A stretch of DNA of 42,097 bases from Phycisphaerales bacterium (GCA_016742055.1 JACVCK010000001.1:1-42097); one strand, 5' to 3'; counted from the stretch's first letter, positions 31,911 through 41,551 are shown. Translations and numbers: made by a program. Notes: a model not told the origin generated them from the letters alone.

Positions 31911-33419
31911 ATGCCGATCACCGCCGAAGCCCCGTCCGCCAGCCGGAACACGATGTCGTTCGTCGATCGCGAGCACAAGCTGCTCATCGACGGCCAGTGG
32001 GTCGCCGCGGCGTCCGGCAAGACGTTCGAAGTGAAAGACCCCGCGACCGGGCGCACCATCGCCCGCGTCGCCGAGGGCGACAAGGCCGATGTCGACCGCG
32101 CGGTCAAGGCCGCGCGGCGCGCCTTCGAGTCCGGCCCATGGCCCGCGCTCACCGCCTCGCAGCGAGGTCGAATGATCTGGAAACTCGCCGATCTCCTCGA
32201 GCAACACCTCGACGAGTTCGCCGAGATCGAATCGCTCGACAACGGCAAGCCCCGCACCATCGCCGCCGCGGCGGACGTGCCCCTCGCGATCGACCTCTTC
32301 CGCTACATGGCCGGGTGGGCGACGAAGATCGAGGGGAACACGATCCCGATCTCCGTCGGCTACATGCCCGGCGCCGAGTTCCACGCCTACACCCTGCGCG
32401 AGCCCGTCGGCGTAGTGGCGCAGATCATCCCGTGGAACTTCCCCCTGCTCATGGCCGCGTGGAAACTCGGCCCCGCGCTCGCGACCGGCTGCACCATCGT
32501 TCTCAAGGTCGCCGAAGAGACCCCGCTGAGCGCCATCCGCCTCGGGCATCTCTTCAAGGAAGCCGGCTTCCCGGACGGTGTCGTGAACATCATCACCGGC
32601 TTCGGCGAGACCGCCGGCGCCGCGCTCTCCGGCCATCCCGATGTGGACAAGGTCGCGTTCACCGGCTCGACCGAAGTCGGCCGCCTGATCGTCAAGGCCG
32701 CGGGCTCATCCAACCTCAAGAAAGTCACCCTCGAACTCGGCGGCAAGAGCCCCAACATCATCCTGCCCGACGCCGACATACCCGCCGCGATCGGCGGCGC
32801 CGCCAACGCCATCTTCTTCAACCACGGCCAGTGCTGCTGCGCCGGCTCGCGCCTCTTCGTGCACCGCAGCCAGTTCGATCAGGTGGTCAACGGCGTCGCC
32901 GAGCACGCCCGCAAGATCAAGGTCGGCCACGGCCTGCACCCCGAGACCGGCATGGGCCCGCTGGTCTCCCAGATCCAGCAGGACCGCGTCTGCCGCTTCC
33001 TCGACTCCGGCAAGCGCGAAGGCGCCAAAGCCCTCGCCGGCGGCCAGCGGCGCGAAGGCGACGGCTACTTCGTCGAGCCCACCGTTCTCATCGACACCCG
33101 CCCGGACATGGAAGTGATCCGCGAAGAGATCTTCGGCCCCGTCGTCGCCGCGGTGCGGTACGACGAGCCGGAGGAACTCATCGCCGCAGCCAACGACAGC
33201 GTCTACGGCCTCGCCGCCGCGATCTGGACCCGCGACCTCAGCAAGGCCCACAAGCTCGCGCGCAGACTCCGCGCCGGCAGCGTGTGGGTCAACTGCTACA
33301 ACATCTTCGACGCGGCGCTGCCATTCGGCGGCTACAAACAGTCCGGCTGGGGCCGCGAAATGGGCCATGAGGCGATCAATCTCTACACACAGACCAAGGC
33401 GGTCACGGTGCAGCTCTGA
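31911..33419 (+). CDS. NAD(P)-dependent aldehyde dehydrogenase
   Basis: Catalytic motifs ELGGKSP and FFNHGQCCCAGSR. The ATG at 31911 has AAGGGAGA upstream. Confidence 0.93.
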   Translation: MPITAEAPSASRNTMSFVDREHKLLIDGQWVAAASGKTFEVKDPATGRTIARVAEGDKADVDRAVKAARRAFESGPWPALTASQRGRMIWKLADLLEQHLDEFAEIESLDNGKPRTIAAAADVPLAIDLFRYMAGWATKIEGNTIPISVGYMPGAEFHAYTLREPVGVVAQIIPWNFPLLMAAWKLGPALATGCTIVLKVAEETPLSAIRLGHLFKEAGFPDGVVNIITGFGETAGAALSGHPDVDKVAFTGSTEVGRLIVKAAGSSNLKKVTLELGGKSPNIILPDADIPAAIGGAANAIFFNHGQCCCAGSRLFVHRSQFDQVVNGVAEHARKIKVGHGLHPETGMGPLVSQIQQDRVCRFLDSGKREGAKALAGGQRREGDGYFVEPTVLIDTRPDMEVIREEIFGPVVAAVRYDEPEELIAAANDSVYGLAAAIWTRDLSKAHKLARRLRAGSVWVNCYNIFDAALPFGGYKQSGWGREMGHEAINLYTQTKAVTVQL

Positions 33420-33477
33420 TTTCTGTTGAATCCGCCTCGGAGTGCGCGACAATGTGCCTTACGGAAGGAGTGGTGCC

Positions 33478-34086
33478 ATGCCCGAATATCGGCTCGTGTT
33501 CTCCAACGGTAAGCGCTCAGTTCGGCACGTGGACATCGAGGCAGTTGATCTCGCATCGGCCAGCCGAGCGTTCACCCCGCCTGTGGGGTGGACCCTCACA
33601 AGCGTTCGTCAGACATTCGGAGTCGCGGCTGGGCCGAGCGTGTCAGGTTTACCGTCCAGCGGGGTGGGCGTCGGCATATCCGCTCTTGTGGCCGGATACG
33701 CCATCGTGACGCTTGTTCGGCACGGCGCGCCGGCATCCATGATGTTCACATGGATACTGGCTATCGTCGCAGGGCTTGTGGGTATTCCGCTGCTGTGGAT
33801 GAATCACAAAGCGGTGCAGCGAGAACTAGCCTCTTTGCGTTCAGTCGGCGCATCTGCCGAGTGGCCCCAGCGAACCACCCGGAATCTCGGGTGGCGACAA
33901 TCGCTCGAGATAGTGTTGAAAGTACTCGTCGGTTGCTGGGCTCTCGCGATGACAATGGACCCCGTCTCCGCTTCCGGCGTCATCGCCGGGCTTTGCATGG
34001 GCTCCGTCGCCCTGTCAGGAGTCACGCGTTTCGCTGAAGGATCGTCGGGAGTCAACACACTGGGCGCCCAGCCCAAGACGGGGTAA
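33478..34086 (+). CDS. orphan hypothetical membrane protein with atypical codon usage
   Basis: The ATG at 33478 is preceded by GGAAGGAG. Three to four hydrophobic segments. Many A/T-ending codons (tat, ggt, tca, gtt, gca, gat, tta, ata, aaa, cta), unlike the neighbouring genes. Confidence 0.55.
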   Translation: MPEYRLVFSNGKRSVRHVDIEAVDLASASRAFTPPVGWTLTSVRQTFGVAAGPSVSGLPSSGVGVGISALVAGYAIVTLVRHGAPASMMFTWILAIVAGLVGIPLLWMNHKAVQRELASLRSVGASAEWPQRTTRNLGWRQSLEIVLKVLVGCWALAMTMDPVSASGVIAGLCMGSVALSGVTRFAEGSSGVNTLGAQPKTG

Positions 34087-34115
34087 TCATCGCCCGCTGC
34101 CGTACACTCCCTCGT

Positions 34116-35732
34116 GTGACCCTCCTCTGCACCCCCATCCTCACCGACACCGCCGACGCCGCCCTCCGCGCCGCGGCGCTCGCCAAGATGAAGGGCGCCG
34201 ACCTCGTCGAGTACCGCGTCGACCGCCTCTTCGACGGCTCGCCGGACTCCATCGACGCGTGCCTGCGGCTGGCGAAGGATTCACCCCTGCCCTGCATCGT
34301 CACCTGCCGCACCAGCCGCGAGGGCGGGGAGTACGACGGGCCCGACGACGAGCGCGTCGCGCTCTACGAGGCGCTGGGGACCGCCGAGCATCCGCCGCGG
34401 TATCTGGACCTCGAGCAGTCCACCCTCGACCGCTCCTCCAACCTGCGGCAGAAGATCCGCCTCGCCGTCCATCATCCGGCCCAACTCCGCGAGTCCCGCC
34501 CTTCTCTGATTCTCTCGATGCACGACTTCGACCGCCGCCCTGCGGACTTGATTCGGCGCCTGAGCGCGATGCACGCCGACGACAGCGCCGCCGTGCTCAA
34601 GGTGGCCTACCGCGCGCGGTCGCTCCGCGACAATCTCGAACTCTTCGACCTGCTCGCCCTGCGAAGCCGACCCATGATCGCGCTGGGCATGGGCGAGTTC
34701 GGGCTGATGTCGCGCATCCTCGCGCCCAAGTTCGGCGGGTTCCTCACGTTCGCCTCGCTCCATCCCAGCGAGGTCACGGCGCCCGGTCAGCCCACGCTCG
34801 ATGAACTGGTGGACCTGTACCGCTTCCGCGCCATCGGTCCCGCAACGCGGGTCTACGGCGTCGTCGGCTGGCCCGTCGCACACTCGCTCTCGCCGCTCGT
34901 CCACAACGCGGGCTTCCACGCTCCGGGTGTGGAAGCCGACGCCGTCTACATCCCCCTCCCCATCCCGCCCGAGTGGGAGCACTTCAAGGCCACGCTCTTG
35001 GTTCTCTGCGATCATCCCCGCCTCGATTTCTCCGGCGCCAGCGTCACACTGCCGCACAAGGAGCATCTCGCGCGCCTGGCGCGCGAAGAGGGCTGGACGA
35101 TCGACCCCCTCGCCGAGCGCATCGGCGCCGCGAACACGCTCGTCCGCGCCTCCAGCGGCTGGAAAGTCGCCAACACCGACGCGACCGCCGCCGCGGAGTC
35201 GCTGCAGCGCGCCATGGGCTGGCTCAAGAACCGGCGCATCGCCGTCATCGGCGCCGGAGGCGTCGCCCGCGCCGTCGCAACGGCGCTCGTGGACCAGGGC
35301 GCCACCGTCGCCCTCTACAACCGCACGAAGGGTCGCGCGGAGGCGCTCGTCGCCGAAGTCCGCGCGGGCATGAGCGGTGGCGGAGGCCAGATCGTCGCCG
35401 CGCCCTACGAAAAACTCTGCGGCGCCTGCTGCGAGGCCTTCGTCAACTGCACACCCCTGGGCATGACCGGCGGCCCCGCGCCCGGCGAATCACCCATCCC
35501 GCCCGCCGAGTTCGAGAACATCCCGCACGGGTCCGTCATCTTCGACACCGTCTACAACCCCCTCCGCACGCCGCTCCTGAACGCCGCGCTCGACCACAAC
35601 CTCACCATCGTCGACGGCGCGGAGATGTTCGTCCGCCAGGCCGAGCAGCAGTTCAGATTGTTCACGGGCCACGCGCCGCCGAGCGGCCTCTTCGACCGCC
35701 TCGCGCGCGAGAAACTGCGCGACGCCCGGTAG
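34116..35732 (+). CDS. aroDE: bifunctional type I 3-dehydroquinate dehydratase / shikimate 5-dehydrogenase
   Basis: The N-terminal half is AroD-like (DLVEYRVD...ILSMHDF...LKVAY). The C-terminal half is AroE-like (SLSPLVHNAGF, VTLPHKE, NTD, IGAGGVARAV). GTG start. Confidence 0.9.
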   Translation: MTLLCTPILTDTADAALRAAALAKMKGADLVEYRVDRLFDGSPDSIDACLRLAKDSPLPCIVTCRTSREGGEYDGPDDERVALYEALGTAEHPPRYLDLEQSTLDRSSNLRQKIRLAVHHPAQLRESRPSLILSMHDFDRRPADLIRRLSAMHADDSAAVLKVAYRARSLRDNLELFDLLALRSRPMIALGMGEFGLMSRILAPKFGGFLTFASLHPSEVTAPGQPTLDELVDLYRFRAIGPATRVYGVVGWPVAHSLSPLVHNAGFHAPGVEADAVYIPLPIPPEWEHFKATLLVLCDHPRLDFSGASVTLPHKEHLARLAREEGWTIDPLAERIGAANTLVRASSGWKVANTDATAAAESLQRAMGWLKNRRIAVIGAGGVARAVATALVDQGATVALYNRTKGRAEALVAEVRAGMSGGGGQIVAAPYEKLCGACCEAFVNCTPLGMTGGPAPGESPIPPAEFENIPHGSVIFDTVYNPLRTPLLNAALDHNLTIVDGAEMFVRQAEQQFRLFTGHAPPSGLFDRLAREKLRDAR

Positions 35733-35756
35733 GGATCGCTCCTCAGCCGCCCTGTT

Positions 35757-36278
35757 TCAAAAATGCGCTTCGATCCCGCCCGTCCGCAGCAGCGTCCGGA
35801 ACGACTCGGAGAACACGAAGTTATGCTCCGGGAACTCCACGCCCGCCATATTCTGATCGATGTGGCTGAACATCAGGTCGATGCGCCCGATCTCGCCGAA
35901 ACTCCCGCCGCGGGCGTGGTCCAGCAACTCCACCAGCCCCGTGGTCGAGGCGCCCATCGGGTCAAAGCGCTCCATGGTCGCCGTGTAACGCAGGGTCATG
36001 CCCGGCCCCGCGTCGCGCGAGAGTTCCGCCTTGTTGATCTTGGCCAGGATCACTTTTTCCTTGAAGCGCCCCGTGTGCCCGACGAGGATCCCCGCCGTCT
36101 GCGCCATCCCCTCGATGATGAGCGACGCGGGCATCACCGGCAGCGCCGATTCGCCGTGCGCCGCGTCCGCCGCGAAGTGGTCGTGCAGGTGCTCCTCGGC
36201 GAGCGAGACGTTCTTCACCGCGACCAGGCGGGCGCCGGGCTGCAACTCGACGATGCGGTCGATCCACATCCAACGCAC
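35757..36278 (-). CDS. FabA/FabZ-like hot-dog fold 3-hydroxyacyl-ACP dehydratase family protein
   Basis: Active-site context EEHLHDHF...LPVMPASLIIEGMAQTAGIL. Confidence 0.78.
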   Translation of the reverse strand: MRWMWIDRIVELQPGARLVAVKNVSLAEEHLHDHFAADAAHGESALPVMPASLIIEGMAQTAGILVGHTGRFKEKVILAKINKAELSRDAGPGMTLRYTATMERFDPMGASTTGLVELLDHARGGSFGEIGRIDLMFSHIDQNMAGVEFPEHNFVFSESFRTLLRTGGIEAHF

Positions 36279-36314
36279 GCGCGGGCTCCAGACTGGGCGT
36301 TGGGGAGGTCCGGC

Positions 36315-36713
36315 TCAGTGGGCCGCGGCCGTGGCCGACAACTTCCGCTCGACGAACTTCACCACCGCGTCCACGGTGAAGATCTCGCCGACCTTGGTGA
36401 TCTCGGGGTTCTTCTCCCAGGCGGAGAAGTCGGCGTGGGGCATGCGGTCCTTCAGGGCCGCGACGCCTTCCGACGTGACGCGCCCGTCCTTGACGTAACG
36501 GGGGTCCTGCGCGACGTTCTCGGGAAAGAGTTCGCCCTGGGCGATCTTGAACCCGAAGGTCTGCTCGAGTTTGAACACGATGTCGAGGAAGTCGATCGAT
36601 TCGGCGCCCAGGTCGGACGTGAGCCGGGCGTCCGGTGCGACCTCATCCTCATCGACGCTGAGCGCGTCCACCAGAACGTTCCGGACCTTGTCGTAGACCT
36701 CGTCGCGCGTCAT
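36315..36713 (-). CDS. acyl carrier protein-like protein of about 132 aa with a long internal insertion
   Basis: The ATG at 36713 has GGAGAAGGA upstream. Phosphopantetheine-site context DLGAESIDFLDIVFKLEQTFG. About 45-50 extra residues precede the final helix (TVDAVVKFVERKL). Confidence 0.78.
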   Translation of the reverse strand: MTRDEVYDKVRNVLVDALSVDEDEVAPDARLTSDLGAESIDFLDIVFKLEQTFGFKIAQGELFPENVAQDPRYVKDGRVTSEGVAALKDRMPHADFSAWEKNPEITKVGEIFTVDAVVKFVERKLSATAAAH

Positions 36714-36868
36714 CCTCGATCCTTCTCCGTCGTGGAGCGCCGCGGGCCCCCCGACCTCGCCGGCCCCACGCGGGGATTCGGCGCCTGATCGGGCCTCAGT
36801 GCGGCCATGAGGGGTCACAGTATCGCCGAAATCCGGCCGCGTCACCACCGCCCCCCGGGAACGGGCGC

Positions 36869-37282
36869 TCAGGCCTCACCCAGACGCGCCGGACGCAGGC
36901 TGATCCGCCCGCTGACCGCGGTCTTGCCAGTCGCGGCGCCCCCCGGCCCGATCACCGTCCCGGAGGCCTTGAACTCCACCGTCCCGTCCGAACCCGGTTC
37001 GCCGTGGACCGCCGCCTCCACCCGCAGGGCCTCACCCGGGCGCACCATCGCCCCGTACTTGATCCCCCGTGCCGAGCCCAGGACCAGCCGCCGTCCCAGC
37101 CCCTCCTGCTCCGCCAGCAGGCGCGACGCCTGCACCAGCGCCTCCACCATCATCACGCCCGGCAGGATCGGGAAGGTCGGGAAATGGTCCTGCAGGTACT
37201 CCTCGCCCGCCGTCACCTGCTTGAGCGTGACAATCCTCCCGGGCGCGCGTTCCAGAACCGTGTCCACCAGGCAGAAGTGCAT
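36869..37282 (-). CDS. second FabZ-like hot-dog fold dehydratase family protein
   Basis: Active-site context EEYLQDHFPTFPILPGVMMVEALVQAS. The start is uncertain: ATG at 37282 (MHFCLVD) or ATG at 37327, and the latter would overlap the purM start codon. Confidence 0.72.
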   Translation of the reverse strand: MHFCLVDTVLERAPGRIVTLKQVTAGEEYLQDHFPTFPILPGVMMVEALVQASRLLAEQEGLGRRLVLGSARGIKYGAMVRPGEALRVEAAVHGEPGSDGTVEFKASGTVIGPGGAATGKTAVSGRISLRPARLGEA

Positions 37283-37325
37283 CGGCACAAAGTACCCCGT
37301 CCGCAGCGGGTATGCTCCGCGTCCC

Positions 37326-38465
37326 ATGGCGACCCGATCCGCCCCGACCACCGGACGCACGAAGAAAAAGGCCCCTGACGGCCCGGCCCCGCGCGCGCCC
37401 CTGACCTACGCCAAGTCCGGCGTCTCCATCGAGGAGGGGGATCGCTTCGTGGACATGATCCGTCGGGACGTGCGCCGGACCCACGGCCCGCGCGTCCTCG
37501 ACCGGCCGGGCGGCTTCGCCGGGCTCTTCCGACTGGACTTCAACGAGAAACTGTTCAAGCGCAACTACCGCGAACCCGTCCTGGTCGCCTGCACCGACGG
37601 CGTCGGCACCAAGGTCAAGATCGCCTCCGACACCGGGCGCTACGACACCATCGGCATCGACCTCGTGGCGATGAACGTCAATGACCTCATCGTCGAGGGC
37701 GCCGAGCCCCTGTTCTTCCTCGATTACATCGCCGCCCACAAGATCATTCCTGAACAACTTGCGGCCGTGGTGAAGGGCATCTCCGACGGCTGCCGTCAGG
37801 CGGGCGCGGCGCTGATCGGCGGCGAGACCGCCGAGATGCCCGGCGTCTACCCGGAGGGCGAGATCGACCTGGCCGGCTTCGCCGTCGGCGTGGTCGAACT
37901 GGAGCGCGCCACCAGCCGCGAGCGCGTAGAGCCCGGCGACGTGGTGATCGGCCTTGAATCCGACGGCGTGCACAGCAACGGCTATTCGCTCGTCCGCGCC
38001 GTCGTGAAGGAGGCCGGTCTGCATCTGGACAAGGTCTACAAGGACCTCGACAAGTCCCGAACGCTCGGCGAGGTCCTTCTCACGCCCACCCGCATCTACG
38101 CCAAACCCATCGTCGCCCTGCAGCGCGCCTACACCGTCAAGAAAATCGTCAGCGGCATGGCGCACATCACCGGCAGCGGCCTGGGCGACAACCTCGAGCG
38201 CGCCCTGCACCCCAAGGTCGACGCCATCCTCGACCCCTCCAAGTGGCCCGTCACCCCCGTGTTCACTTTCCTGCAGCAGCACGGGAGCATCGACGAGGAC
38301 GAGATGCGCCGCGTCTTCAACATGGGCATCGGCTACTGCCTGGTGGTGCGTCCCACGTTCGCGGCGTCCATCGCCACGCGCCTCAAGCGCGCCGGCGAAC
38401 GACCCCACCTCATCGGGCACATCGTCAAGGGCTCCGGCAAGGTCCGCATGACGGACCGCGAGTGA
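37326..38465 (+). CDS. purM: phosphoribosylformylglycinamidine cyclo-ligase (AIR synthetase)
   Basis: LTYAKSGVSIEEGD, DGVGTK, and conserved GGETAEMPG and HITGGG-like (HITGSG) segments. The N-terminal boundary is uncertain. Confidence 0.92.
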   Translation: MATRSAPTTGRTKKKAPDGPAPRAPLTYAKSGVSIEEGDRFVDMIRRDVRRTHGPRVLDRPGGFAGLFRLDFNEKLFKRNYREPVLVACTDGVGTKVKIASDTGRYDTIGIDLVAMNVNDLIVEGAEPLFFLDYIAAHKIIPEQLAAVVKGISDGCRQAGAALIGGETAEMPGVYPEGEIDLAGFAVGVVELERATSRERVEPGDVVIGLESDGVHSNGYSLVRAVVKEAGLHLDKVYKDLDKSRTLGEVLLTPTRIYAKPIVALQRAYTVKKIVSGMAHITGSGLGDNLERALHPKVDAILDPSKWPVTPVFTFLQQHGSIDEDEMRRVFNMGIGYCLVVRPTFAASIATRLKRAGERPHLIGHIVKGSGKVRMTDRE

Positions 38466-38495
38466 TCCCCGGGCCGGACCGCCGCATCGTCGGCG

Positions 38496-38855
38496 CTACG
38501 CCCCCAACGCCTCCGCCGCCTCCATGCGGTCGACCGCGCCGCCCGAGGCCGCCTCCGCAAACTCCGCGGCCCGGCGCTCCGACTGGTCGCTGCGGATCTC
38601 CTCCGCGATCTGCTGCGCCGAGTCCAGGCGCGTCAGCGCGTACCGCGCCGCCGCCGCCGTCACCTGCAGCAGGTCCTTCGGAGGCGGAACGCCCCGCGAG
38701 TGCTCCGCGACCCTCTGAATGACTTCGCCGCTGGTGGGCGCGCGGCGCACTAGGCCTTCCGTGTCGGGCAGCAGACCCCGGCTGCGCCAGCGCTCGGGCC
38801 GGAACTCCAGGCCCCCCGGCCCTCCCGATCCCATGTTGCTGATCGAACCGCTCAT
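38496..38855 (-). CDS. possible small hypothetical protein
   Basis: This is the most protein-like of four overlapping ORFs here. It lies on the same strand as the large TPR-like gene and downstream of it. No motif recognised. The start (ATG 38855 or 38930) is uncertain. Confidence 0.3.
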   Translation of the reverse strand: MSGSISNMGSGGPGGLEFRPERWRSRGLLPDTEGLVRRAPTSGEVIQRVAEHSRGVPPPKDLLQVTAAAARYALTRLDSAQQIAEEIRSDQSERRAAEFAEAASGGAVDRMEAAEALGA

Positions 38856-39007
38856 GGCCGCGCTCCGTCGCGTGCTGCCGGCACGCTCGGCGTCCCGAAT
38901 CCAAATGGAATCATGGGAAACCCGGCGCACGAAGCAAGCCCCGGCGAAGGGCGGTCGGACCGCGCGCCCGCACAGGCCTCACAACCGTCACGGACGGAGC
39001 GGAGGAG

Positions 39008-41551
39008 TTACTTGACAATCGTCGCCGGCGCCAGGTCCTGCTGGAGGGGTGAGACCTCGCCGGCCTCCGCCGCGGCTAGAAGGCCGGCCCGCAAGATCGC
39101 GGCGAACCGGGCCATCTCCGCCGTGTCCGGCGCGTCCGGGAACGAATCGTACACCGCGCTCTCCGGATCGGGCACACGGGCGATGAGGTAGGCAAAGCGG
39201 ACGAGCGGCGATCCGTCGCTGGCGGCGAGCGCGTCCAGTTGCGCCTGTTCGCTGCGCAGGAACGCGGCGCCGACCACCAGCACGGCGAGGGTCCGCTCCA
39301 GTTCGGTCATGGACGCCATGCGCTCGGCGACGGCGCGGTCCAGGGCGGCGACGATCGCGCGGGAGTCGGGGTTGTTGGGGTCTTCCTTGCCGCGCTGCAG
39401 CGCGCTGCGGACGTAGAAGATCGCGTCGATCAGCGTCTCGCCCTGCGCGTCGAGAAACGCCCGGGAGATCGCGTCGCCGGTCTGGCCCAGCGCCGCCACG
39501 CCGCTCTGGGAGATGACCGGAACCTCGGCCGTCAGGCCCATCGAGCCGCCGAGGTACTTGCCGGTGTTGTCCATCCGGTAGCCCTGCACCGCGCGCCAGC
39601 GCATGGTCAGCGACCGGTCGGACAGGCCGTCGAGCGCCTGGCCCAGCCAGCCCTGCCCGGCCCACACGCGCGCCGTCATCGACTCGCCCGGCATCAGGCG
39701 CAGCCGCCGCTCCATGTCGGCGATCTCCACCTGCAGGTTCGGCGCCTGAAACTGCCCGTCCACCAGCAGGGTCGGCGCCAGCAGCACGCGCGTGTCGATC
39801 GGCTTGCCCGGGCCCATCGCCAGCGGCATCCGGCCGATGTTCCGCACCGTCACGTCCATTTCCAGCGGAGACATCGGCCCCACACGCTCGCGCACCGGCT
39901 GCACGCTCAGGTGCATCCAAGAGCGAGGGTCGAGCGCCATCTCGTCCAGCCAGCGCGGCGTGCGCGCCATGTACGACTCCAGCGCCGCCGCCGTCGGCGT
40001 CGGCGAGAGCGTCGTCCCGGTGATCAACTCGATCCGCCGGCGCGCGAACGCGCCCAGCAGCGCGTGCGGCTGCTCCAGCGCCAGTTTCGCGTAGTGACGC
40101 AGCGCCTCGTCCGTCTCGCCCTCGCGCTCCGCGAGCATCCCCAGACCCAGGCGCGACCGCGGGTCGAGGTCCCCCAGCGGCTCCAGCAACGTGCGCGCGC
40201 CCGACAGGTCGCCCCGCCGGAACGCGATCAGGCCGCGGTACCGCTGCGTCGCCGCCTCGTTGATCAGCCCCTCATCGGTCAGCCGTTGCAGATCGGCCTC
40301 GGCCTCATCGATCTGCGTCCCGCACCAGAGCCGCAGCCAGGTCAGTTCCGACCGGAGCCGACGACGCCCGTCCGCGATCATCTCGGGATCGAGGCCCTGG
40401 CCCTCCGCCCCGGCCAGCATCGACAGCAGCAGTTGGCCCGAGGCGCCGACGCTCCGGACCGACGCCTCGGCGGCGCCCTGACGGCCCAGCGACAGGTTGA
40501 TCGCCATCCGCACCGCCTCGAGTTCCGGCGGCATCCGCGTTTCTTCGAGCGGCATGCCCGGGTCGCGCCCCTGCGCCTGCGCGACCGCGATCTCGTACGC
40601 CCGTGCCTGGCGCATCTGCAACTCTGCGCCCGAGAGCGCCTCCAGCACCGGGTCGGCGCCGAACGCCTGCCACAGACCCACCAGCGAGTCCACCTGCTGG
40701 TCCAGCGAAGGGGGCATCCCCGCGCGCCCGAAGATCGCCGCCGCGTTGTCCTGGAAACGCTGAGCGCTCACGAACGCCCCGTGCGAACGAAGTTCCCGCG
40801 GGAGGTTCGGGTGCGCCGATGGATCCACAGGGTCCGCCAGCAGAACGTTCAGCAGCATCTCCACCCGCCCCATCGGGTCTTCCGAGCGCTCATAGAAGTA
40901 CGCCGCCGCCAGCGCCGCGGCGTCCTTGTTCGAAGCGTCCAGTTGCGTCGAACGCGTCAGGAGGCGCACGAACCGGGCGTCGTCGCCGATCTCCCGCGCG
41001 AGCAGCGCGGCGTCGAGCGCCAGACGGCTGCGGACGGCCGCGTCGATCGTGTCGCCGTCCGGCCCCACAACCTTCTCAAACGCGCTCAGGCGCCCCTCGA
41101 CGCTCTGGAGGCGCGAGATGCGGTCCGAGATCAGACGCAACTGGGCCACGGTGTCCGATGGGTCCAGCCGCGCCACCGTGCGCGTCGCCTCCATCGAGCG
41201 GGCCGTGTCGCCCGCCCCGTGCCAGGCCTCCACCGCGCGCCGCGCGAAGTTCTCGTTGCTTGGGTCCAGACGCAGCGCGATCTCCAGCGCCAGCGCCGTC
41301 AGTTCGAAGTCCCGCGCCGTGGGCGACGCCGTCGTCCGCAGCCGAAGGAGCGGAACCCGCGCGATCCGCTCCGCGACCATCCGGCGCATCGCCGGGTGCT
41401 CACGCACGTAGCCCGCCGTCCCGGAGGCCGGCGCCGACTGCGCAGGCGAGTCCGCCACGCTCAGCCCCAACCCCGAAACCAGCGCGACCGCAGCCGCAAG
41501 GGTCCAAGACGATCCACGCCGCAGAAGTCGTTGTTCGTTCACCTTCATCAT
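39008..41551 (-). CDS. large exported protein (about 847 aa) with N-terminal TPR-like helical repeats, function unknown
   Basis: ATGATG at 41551-41546 is preceded by GGGAG. Signal-like N-terminus (RRGSSWTLAAAVALVSGLGLSVA). Helical-repeat segments (ALEIALRLDPSNENFARRAVEAW..., RTVARLDPSD...). The ORF-track extension to 42007 runs through the poly-C tract as poly-Gly and I reject it. Confidence 0.7.
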   Translation of the reverse strand: MMKVNEQRLLRRGSSWTLAAAVALVSGLGLSVADSPAQSAPASGTAGYVREHPAMRRMVAERIARVPLLRLRTTASPTARDFELTALALEIALRLDPSNENFARRAVEAWHGAGDTARSMEATRTVARLDPSDTVAQLRLISDRISRLQSVEGRLSAFEKVVGPDGDTIDAAVRSRLALDAALLAREIGDDARFVRLLTRSTQLDASNKDAAALAAAYFYERSEDPMGRVEMLLNVLLADPVDPSAHPNLPRELRSHGAFVSAQRFQDNAAAIFGRAGMPPSLDQQVDSLVGLWQAFGADPVLEALSGAELQMRQARAYEIAVAQAQGRDPGMPLEETRMPPELEAVRMAINLSLGRQGAAEASVRSVGASGQLLLSMLAGAEGQGLDPEMIADGRRRLRSELTWLRLWCGTQIDEAEADLQRLTDEGLINEAATQRYRGLIAFRRGDLSGARTLLEPLGDLDPRSRLGLGMLAEREGETDEALRHYAKLALEQPHALLGAFARRRIELITGTTLSPTPTAAALESYMARTPRWLDEMALDPRSWMHLSVQPVRERVGPMSPLEMDVTVRNIGRMPLAMGPGKPIDTRVLLAPTLLVDGQFQAPNLQVEIADMERRLRLMPGESMTARVWAGQGWLGQALDGLSDRSLTMRWRAVQGYRMDNTGKYLGGSMGLTAEVPVISQSGVAALGQTGDAISRAFLDAQGETLIDAIFYVRSALQRGKEDPNNPDSRAIVAALDRAVAERMASMTELERTLAVLVVGAAFLRSEQAQLDALAASDGSPLVRFAYLIARVPDPESAVYDSFPDAPDTAEMARFAAILRAGLLAAAEAGEVSPLQQDLAPATIVK

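Noticed and set aside
37325-37328. A CCATGG palindrome that could give back-to-back overlapping start codons for purM (+) and the second hot-dog gene (-).
   Set aside because: Divergent genes sharing start codons would leave no promoter space. The ATG at 37282 (MHFCLVD...) gives a normal FabZ-like N-terminus, so I regard the overlap as coincidental. The purM start remains somewhat uncertain.
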